Origin: Phoronis australis
Taxonomy: Eukaryota; Animalia; Phoronida
NCBI GenBank assembly: GCA_002633005.1
Contig: NMRA01000017.1
Span: 570,886-634,885, forward strand
Length of the DNA stretch: 64,000 nt
Direction: 5' to 3'
The position numbers and the translations under genes are program-made. Below the pieces are notes generated by a model, which was not told where the DNA came from, searched no databases, and saw only the letters and a list, made by a program, of their open reading frames with translations. Of this stretch, positions 58,101-64,000 are shown one piece after another. Each line of letters begins with the position of its first letter. Position 1 is the stretch's first letter.

Positions 58101-59965
58101 AGGCCTGCGTCGCTTTATCTGGTTATCAATGACTGTTTTCAACGGTTTGCAAATTTCCTCTTGGATGGCACTAGCAAAATCCCTGGAAGACACAAAATGG
58201 TCAACCATGAGAGCTCTGAGTATTTCCGATCTTCCCACTCATGTATGATAAACACATTAACTAAGACAACATGCTGCTTTTTACCATTTACAGTGCAAGT
58301 TCAACAACTTAGGAAACAGTATGTATACAAAATCTTAATTTTTCAATATTTTCATAACAAATAAGCGACTCCAAATAAATTCTTTATTATTTCGTAAGTT
58401 TTATGCCACAATTACTCTCAAGTAATGTTTTAAGAAATGGTGGCCATTCACAACAATGTCAAAATCCTTTGAATGTTTTTACTAATTTAAAACTGATCAC
58501 TAGATGGCACAGAATACATCAAGCTGCCTGAAAAATAGGAAGGCATCATTATCTCCATAATAGAGACCTATTTGCCATGTTTCATAAAATCCAAATGTCA
58601 GATACTCCAAAAATACAAAGGCAAACATAAAAAATAACATTGCGACCAGGAGGCACAGCGTCCAGCGTCATATTCAAGGGAATATAGGTTTGCCAAATTT
58701 CAAAGATCTTACACCCACAGATGAAAAAATGCCACTAGTGGGCACCACAGTCGTCCAAGCCATATGTAAATCAAAGTCTGTCTAGTTCTTGTTATTAGGA
58801 AATAAACAAGCCAATTCTCATGAATCTTTGAGCAGTTTGAAAGACAGACGAGTGCTGAAAATAATAAAAATGGCCACCAGGTGCTGCAAAACACATCAAA
58901 TCTATCAGAAAATGTCCTTGTTGTCTCTAACAATTCCTGTAAAAAAGATTCCTGTGAAATTTATGGGTTTCCAAAATACAAGTGAAGACTACTTTCATGA
59001 AGTCCAAATCATACAGGCACCCTCTCGCGTGTCCATTTACCCGGTGAAATGAAGAGAGGGAACATACTGCAAACGTATATTGACAACAAGATATCCACAA
59101 CATGGGAACTCGATTTTTTTACGAGACTTCCTACTTTAGGAAACTAAGCACTTGAGCCTACCTGCGCATTTCAGCCTCTGCTTCAGTTTCCATGGCGACA
59201 GCAGCCCAAGCTGAAGGCATGGTGCTGAAAGTAATTTCATTATTATTTGCAGCTTTTGATTGAAATTAACACACAAAGCAATCTTGGTCGATTCTGGACT
59301 ACATTTTTAAAGTACAAAGCAAAATGATTAGGCCCATAGGTTTCATGCATAATGTCAATATTAGTTTCAACCTGCTCAAAATTGAGGTGGTATTCAATAC
59401 CAGCCTCTAAATTCCTGTTTGCATAAGCCTCCATGTTTTCACCTTTTGAACAAGCAGTATGATTTAGTTTCTTATATTTCTTAAGCTGAGTTCAAGGATT
59501 CATTTTTTTAACTAAACAAATGAATGTCTCTGTGTAACAGAGCAACATAATGTCTGACTATCCATCAGTATTTATTATCTCCTTTGGCAGGTTTTTCAAT
59601 TAAATGTCAACTCTAATTTCTGCGTGAATTTCTAAAGAAAGTTAACGGAAAGTGCTCAAAACATGAACTTGAAACGCAGTTAGCTTTCAACTGCATAATG
59701 TTGCAAAGTACATTCAAATATTGTGTTATTCCTTTCAACTGCATAATGTTGCAAAGTACATTCAAATATTGTGTTATTCCTTTCAACTGCATAATGTTGC
59801 AAAGTATATTCAAATATTGCGTTATTCCTCGTTAATGTCCAAGTGCTACGGAGGACACAAACAAACTTTGGGCGACACACTCACCCAATACAAGTGGACG
59901 TAGCTTTGGTCAGCTTGGCGCTGATCTTACTCAGGCTTTTAGCATAGCTTTGCTCTGCTTCACAT
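46041..59965 (-). CDS. NOSTRIN: NOSTRIN-like F-BAR/HR1/SH3 adaptor, spliced gene; 13 exons seen, about 487 aa; N-terminal exon(s) not located
   Basis: Exons 59885-59965, 59162-59224, 58101-58182, 57536-57709, 56635-56751, 55832-55939, 54949-55068, 54346-54454, 53140-53228, 49145-49273, 48189-48312, 47354-47494 and 46041-46168 join in phase. The translation follows recalled NOSTRIN motifs throughout: SYAKSLSKISAKL, SAW, MTEKD, EDMSAVMDPDRRK, KEGVEKLMDVY, DASHYKLSCVLA, and SH3 CEAIYDY..QDDELSL..GD..GWWHGELNG..GIFPATYV. Confidence 0.93.
46620..46815 (+). repeat. 41-bp minisatellite with an internal hairpin
   Basis: GTGATGTACCACTGCGAGGATGGTCACTCGGCAGTGGGACC and diverged copies. Confidence 0.85.
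47354..47494 (-). CDS. NOSTRIN: NOSTRIN exon, acidic linker plus SH3 N-half (EDEFDD...CEAIYDYTAAQDDELSLTT)
   Basis: tttcag acceptor, gtaaag donor; SH3 motif. Confidence 0.95.
47594..47829. repeat. About 235-bp imperfect palindrome, possibly Penelope-like element derived
   Basis: Arms of about 100 bp are reverse complements (AGTAAAAATAAAACGAC...GACTGCCGA / TCGGCAGTC...GTCGTTTTATTTTTACT). Confidence 0.8.
48189..48312 (-). CDS. NOSTRIN: NOSTRIN exon, linker (GLPLHILRLPV...RDTMMF)
   Basis: ttctag acceptor, gtaagc donor; phase 0 to 1. Confidence 0.85.
49145..49273 (-). CDS. NOSTRIN: NOSTRIN exon (VNSMLNYLDASHYKLSCVLAKLD...KDKQ)
   Basis: gttag acceptor, gtaac donor; YKL..L motif. Confidence 0.92.
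50500..50582 (+). repeat. Short compound tandem repeat
   Basis: ATGTGTCATGTGACG alternating with GGAGCAGACGGG. Confidence 0.8.
50942..51135 (+). repeat. 39-bp minisatellite x5
   Basis: TTCCCACTGTATAGTAAAAGGTTACCACGATGATGTGGA. Confidence 0.95.
53140..53228 (-). CDS. NOSTRIN: NOSTRIN exon, HR1 (GVEKLMDVYRNRPDYTNPEAQEDARQRLMG)
   Basis: taccag acceptor, gtaagt donor; G-x-E-K-x-x-x-V-Y HR1 motif. Confidence 0.92.
54346..54454 (-). CDS. NOSTRIN: NOSTRIN exon, HR1 start (AEDMSAVMDPDRRKKML...KGKE)
   Basis: tttcag acceptor, gtaaat donor. Confidence 0.92.
54645..54724. repeat. 80-bp hairpin (MITE-like)
   Basis: TAACGTGCCCGGATTTTGAGAACCAGTTT / AAACTGGTTCTCAAAATACGGGCACGTTA. Confidence 0.8.
54949..55068 (-). 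CDS. NOSTRIN: NOSTRIN exon (SCDKLNEAVLCVNVDTDL...FLFECC)
   Basis: tttcag acceptor, gtgagt donor; end of F-BAR. Confidence 0.9.
55419..55701. mobile_element. Tourist/PIF-Harbinger-like MITE
   Basis: TIR GGCCAAAAAA...TTTTTTGGCC with TTA on both sides (3-bp TSD). Confidence 0.65.
55832..55939 (-). CDS. NOSTRIN: NOSTRIN exon (ASGQLQLLDEERITQMHSFLQKY...)
   Basis: ttctag acceptor, gtatgc donor; Q-x-L-D/E-E-E-R-I motif. Confidence 0.9.
56425..56617. mobile_element. Small MITE-like element next to a NOSTRIN donor site
   Basis: Perfect 12-bp inverted repeat ATTCACCAGGTG (56433-56444) / CACCTGGTGAAT (56597-56608), extending imperfectly. Confidence 0.5.
56635..56751 (-). CDS. NOSTRIN: NOSTRIN exon (MEKKNKTLL...RQEWESTVYK)
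   Basis: tttcag acceptor, gtagtg donor; R-x-x-WE F-BAR motif. Confidence 0.9.
57185..57430 (+). repeat. 22-bp degenerate minisatellite
   Basis: GGTGGACACATCAAGTATTGA(G/A). Confidence 0.85.
57536..57709 (-). CDS. NOSTRIN: NOSTRIN exon (IENNVEKSV...HMTEKDISK)
   Basis: tgcag acceptor, gtttga donor; 58 codons. Confidence 0.9.
58101..58182 (-). CDS. NOSTRIN: NOSTRIN exon (DFASAIQEEICKPLKTVIDNQIKRRRP)
   Basis: ttccag acceptor, gtaagt donor; F-BAR helix. Confidence 0.92.
58490..58970 (-). mobile_element. HINE family 2 internal fragment, reverse orientation
   Basis: Reverse-complement units such as AAAAATGCCACTAGTGGGCAC and AAAATGGCCACCAGGTG. Confidence 0.55.
59162..59224 (-). CDS. NOSTRIN: NOSTRIN exon (TMPSAWAAVAMETEAEAEMR)
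   Basis: AG/GT borders, phase 2 to 2; SAW motif of F-BAR. Confidence 0.88.
59684..59828 (+). repeat. 48-bp tandem repeat x3
   Basis: CTTTCAACTGCATAATGTTGCAAAGTACATTCAAATATTGTGTTATTC. Confidence 0.95.
59885..59965 (-). CDS. NOSTRIN: NOSTRIN exon, FCH region (CEAEQSYAKSLSKISAKLTKATSTCI)
   Basis: ttcag acceptor and gtgag donor on the minus strand; E-x-x-YAK-x-L FCH motif. Confidence 0.9.
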
Positions 59966-60501
59966 CTGAAAGAAACAAATAAATATCCACATACAATGCA
60001 GCCACAATAGATTTAAATTCACCATTAGAGGATTTTTGTGAGCCTTGTTTATTTTACACCAATAACGACTACTTTCTGGGACATATTTGCCATGTAAACT
60101 TGAGTTATTCTAATTTTGAGTTGACCATTTTGACTTGCAAAACTTAATAATTCATGCACGTGCATTTAAAGCAGCAATATACCAAATGCACATCTGCTAA
60201 TTATATTTTAAAATATAACATATACTTTGCATGATACATTTAAAAAAACACCCGAAAAGTGCCCCCGTTAAATAATGGTTTCTAGAAAGGACTTTTAAGC
60301 CTAATTTTTATATGCCCTAAATAACCTGGCTTAAATACCAGTAGGTTCTGGTTGCATGGACTAATAAAAATCCTGTCAACATAATTGTGTGTATCAATGC
60401 CATTGACGTAATTCCAAAGTCAACATTAGGAAGTGGATAAAAGTCGGCCCAGTTTAAGATAAAGCAAATCAGGTTCCATGTGAAATTGAAAAGAACTTTC
60501 C

Positions 60502-61590
60502 CAAGAGCAATGCGAAGCGCTGAAATGCGCTCATGACTGCACCGCAAAAGGTGTGCTTCTAGGGGTGTTTATTAGATGGTGCAGAATATGTCGAATGTGT
60601 CCAGAAATAGGAAGGTGTCGTCGTCTTTCAAATACAAAGTCAGCATTTATTAAATTTCATGAAAATAAGTTATAGATTAGAGAGGCGAATATGAACACAA
60701 AAGGCGAAGCATTAGTTTGACCTGTCCATCTGTTGTTAAGGATATAGGAATAAACTTGGCCACTAGGTGGCGCAGAATCCCAAAATGGAAAGCTGCTGTA
60801 GCCTTCATCTACTTAAAAGCCATGATCAAAGAATTTTGAAAACACAGAAACAAAGTTAAAAAAAATAAATTGCAAGAAGGGGGTAACGAGGCAGACAGAG
60901 CCGTCCAAAAGACGTAAAGTGGCCTTTGACACACTTTCAAAATTTCACAAAGATCCAGCACAGAATTAAGGATATGCAGCTGAATACCCAAAAAATCCTG
61001 AATAGGGGATACCACAGTTGTCAGACCAATCCAAAAATCAATGCCAGACATAGTCTATTCATCAGGAACACATCTGTTAAGATTTTCATTAAAGTGGTTG
61101 ACGTGGCGGACGCCAAAAAATGGACTCAAAAATAAAAATGGCCACTTGCCCACTAGGGGTGCAAAAATACATCAAATCCATTTGAAAATGAATAGTATTG
61201 TTGCCTCTTTACCAGTAACCTGTTTGCCAAGTTTAACAAAACTCCATCAATGACCTCTGAAGATATAGAGAATAGCATAAAAAATAAAATTGCCACTAGG
61301 AGACAGAACAGCAATCGGATTGACAGCTTAAAGAAATGCATCCGTCAAACTTCACAAAGATCCTGCAAAGGGTTAGTAAAGAGAAACTGTCCTAAAGGCA
61401 AAAACAAAACCACCATTAGGGACGCCTAAGTAGTTGAACCCATCAGAAACACATCTGCCAATTTTCACGATGATCCTTTGAGCGGTTTGGCCGATAGTCC
61501 TTGGAATTTTCAAAAATTCTCACTAGGTGGCGTACAATATGCCACACCTGTCCAAAAATGGCAAGGCATTGTCATTTCCTAGAAACCTAT
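60502..61590 (-). mobile_element. HINE family 2 copy, reverse orientation
   Basis: CAAGAGCAATGCGAAGCGCTGAAATGCGCTCA...TTCTAGGGGTGTTT is the reverse complement of the family 3' end, followed by repeated CCACTAGG units. Confidence 0.7.
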
Positions 61591-63902
61591 TAGCTACATT
61601 TAAAAATAGATGTGCCTTGAAAATGGAACATGGCTTGAATCTGACCCTAATTTGAAGCCCTTTCCCCAAGTCTTGTGGTAACAAATTTGTGTTGTGGTTA
61701 CAGAAATGCGCCCATGACAGTAACAGGGTTCATTGACATTATTTAAAAAGGTGTATATTACTAGGATTAACTGTAGGGTTGTGCCTGCAAGTGCAAAACC
61801 TTGCGTGCAAAATGTGAGGCAAGAAATTCCTGCCATGAAGCTCTGGGTGAAATAAGTCTGGGTGAAATAAGATACAGATAAAATATTGTTTTCCAAATAA
61901 TTTTGGATGTGCGAAATAAAGTGTGTGCTAAATAAGTGGAGAATTGTAGGAAGAGTAATGACCCAGTAAAGCGTGTGGAAATTGAAAGCTCACTCACTGA
62001 ATTTAACAATTTTATACATGTTCAGGTCATTTATACATGTTCAGGTCATTTGATGAAAACTGATTTACCTCAACAGTAGACTAAAAGGAGTTTGACTGAG
62101 TCAGACCAATGAGCTAAATAAACATTCTTCTGTGACCATTTATGTGAAGCCCAATGCAAATGGTGAATTAATCTAGAACTGGTGACTCACTAAATACTGG
62201 AAAAGATTCTAGAAAAGAGTGAACTAAGCTAAATTCAATTACACAGTGCAGTGCAAAAGGATGAGAGTAGATTATCTTGACTCTCCAATATTGTGTAGTC
62301 TGCCTATATTAGCTTGATTTGGGCACAGCAGTAAATTGCAATGGAAATTAAAATCATGAAATTAATACAGTGCAGCCACTGAATTATTAGACTTCGTACG
62401 GTCTTCCTCCGATCAGCTAGGCATGACCGTAACCAGAGACAAACCAGATAGTCAGCAGTAATCAACCATGATAACAGGCATGAACGTACACGAAACTCTA
62501 CCGGGAACTTACCGTGAGTTGGGCGTGAACGACCCATGAGCGAGCCATTAGACAGGCGTGAGTTTCCTTGGCTTAGCTACAGTTGGGACAATCCCATCTT
62601 AATTTGCTACCAGTGTCAATATCAACAGCGATCACTTCATGATCCATGTAAATTAAACCTCATCAACAATTTTCAAACCATGAAACTGAATACAAAACAT
62701 AAGAAGAAATTGAACTGCAATATCTAGACTTTTTCAACATGTTTAGCTCGCATTCATTTTTCCATACCTTACAAACGTAACGTTAAATTTGCATACACTG
62801 TATTCATATTTTCATAATAATAGTGGATAAATTATTTCACATTAACTTGCTATAGTAGATGCGCTATTACTTTTATGACAGTAGATATAGTTCAGTTGAG
62901 CGCTCAGGAGGCCCTGGTGCCTGCCTTAACACTGGAGGACAATATTAATATTATCCTCAGCAGGATACAATGTATATAGTTGATATCCACCAGGGGGGTA
63001 TGTAACTAGGCTTAGACTTCAAAAGTCTCGGTTTAGCGGGAAAGGCAATAGTGTGTGAGTATTGAATGGCGTGAATGGAACATTTCTTTCTTGCACTGAT
63101 GTTCAGACTTGCAAGTTTTTGGCAGTTTACGAGTGGATTTAACAACAGAGCATCAATGCTTCTGTGCAGTAATAAAGGATAACTTTGGCGGTTTGGCGTC
63201 ATTGGAGTTATTCGCAGGCATTATTCTGACTACGTTCATCAATATTCACCATTTTACCATTAATAGGCAATTCATTTCACCAGGAAGAGATAACCAGGAA
63301 GGGACAACTGTTTTAGCGCATTTTAACGTATTTTCAAAGGTGATTTCAAAAGTAAATGTTAAAGTAGTCTGGAATCCAAGCATTGTGTTTGAAAGCTTAA
63401 CTCTTTAGCTATAAAATAACACCACTTTTGTCCCCAAAGACTTCATATTAATGGCACTGGGATGCTTTGAACATGACTTGTTTTACCCTTCCAAAAGATG
63501 CCTCTTCCCAGGCATGTACTCGGGCATGATCCTCTTTTTTGAACCAACAGATGTCACTAATATATGCAAATGAGGCTCGCGTCGTCTACGTCATACGACG
63601 TCATACGGCGCGAGCTTCCAATTTGAACCCTCGAGTGCCTATAGTGAATGACTTGAAACGCAGTTCTATCTGATTGGGCAGATCTAAGAAAATTAAGAAC
63701 TCATACAAGTCAATGTTCAAAGAACATTGAATGGTTTCACATGAAAATACATTTAATTGTATTTGGATACGTTTGCATGTGTGTATGCGTGGACTTCGTC
63801 ATTTTGCTTAAATCCAGATTTAGAAGCAGGTGTTAGTCAAGAAATTAGCTGCTCCTGCCACGGTGGCCGGTGTCGTGGCGTCGCCGGGAAGTCTGATCCA
63901 TG

Positions 63903-64000
63903 CATGCGCAATTCGACGAACTAATGCTAGTCGCTGGTCAGCTCTGCTATGATTCATGCGCAATTCGACGAACTAAATGCTAGTCGCTGGTCAGCTCTGC
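63903..64000 (+). repeat. About 52-bp tandem repeat running off the window end
   Basis: CATGCGCAATTCGACGAACTAATGCTAGTCGCTGGTCAGCTCTGC occurs twice. Confidence 0.85.

Noticed and set aside
63000-63480. Possible decayed LINE (CR1-like) 3' fragment or the missing NOSTRIN first exons
   Set aside because: Only a faint GVIRRH-like peptide with many stops; no FCH N-terminal exon found between 59966 and 64000, so the 5' end probably lies outside the window.
63570-63680. CpG-rich hairpin with CRE-like and CCAAT motifs as the NOSTRIN promoter
   Set aside because: No adjacent first exon identified; the palindromic form fits a MITE fragment equally well.

Overview
AT-rich, intron-rich eukaryotic DNA that looks like an invertebrate animal genome, with one 179-N assembly gap (26954-27132). 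Almost all ORFs in the supplied track are spurious, so genes were rebuilt by hand from GT-AG exons with matching phases. (1) + strand: a divergent transmembrane channel-like (TMC) gene with 15 phase-consistent exons from 24147 to the stop at 41254 (about 587 aa). Several tentative upstream exons (9437-17760) may add an N-terminal extension with degenerate EF-hand-like motifs. (2) - strand: a NOSTRIN-like F-BAR/HR1/SH3 gene with 13 exons from 59965 to the stop at 46041 (about 487 aa); its first exon(s) were not found. The two genes are convergent. Introns and flanks hold many non-autonomous elements: a complete 539-bp TRIM whose LTRs carry a tRNA-like Pol III cassette (Helenus/Cassandra-type), Helentron-associated (HINE/DINE-like) elements whose internal repeats carry CTCF-like motifs, MITEs, tRNA-derived SINE heads and many minisatellites. 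Two of the minisatellites are amplified copies of an exon end plus its splice donor. All calls come from manual reading and recalled family consensus; no database searches were run.
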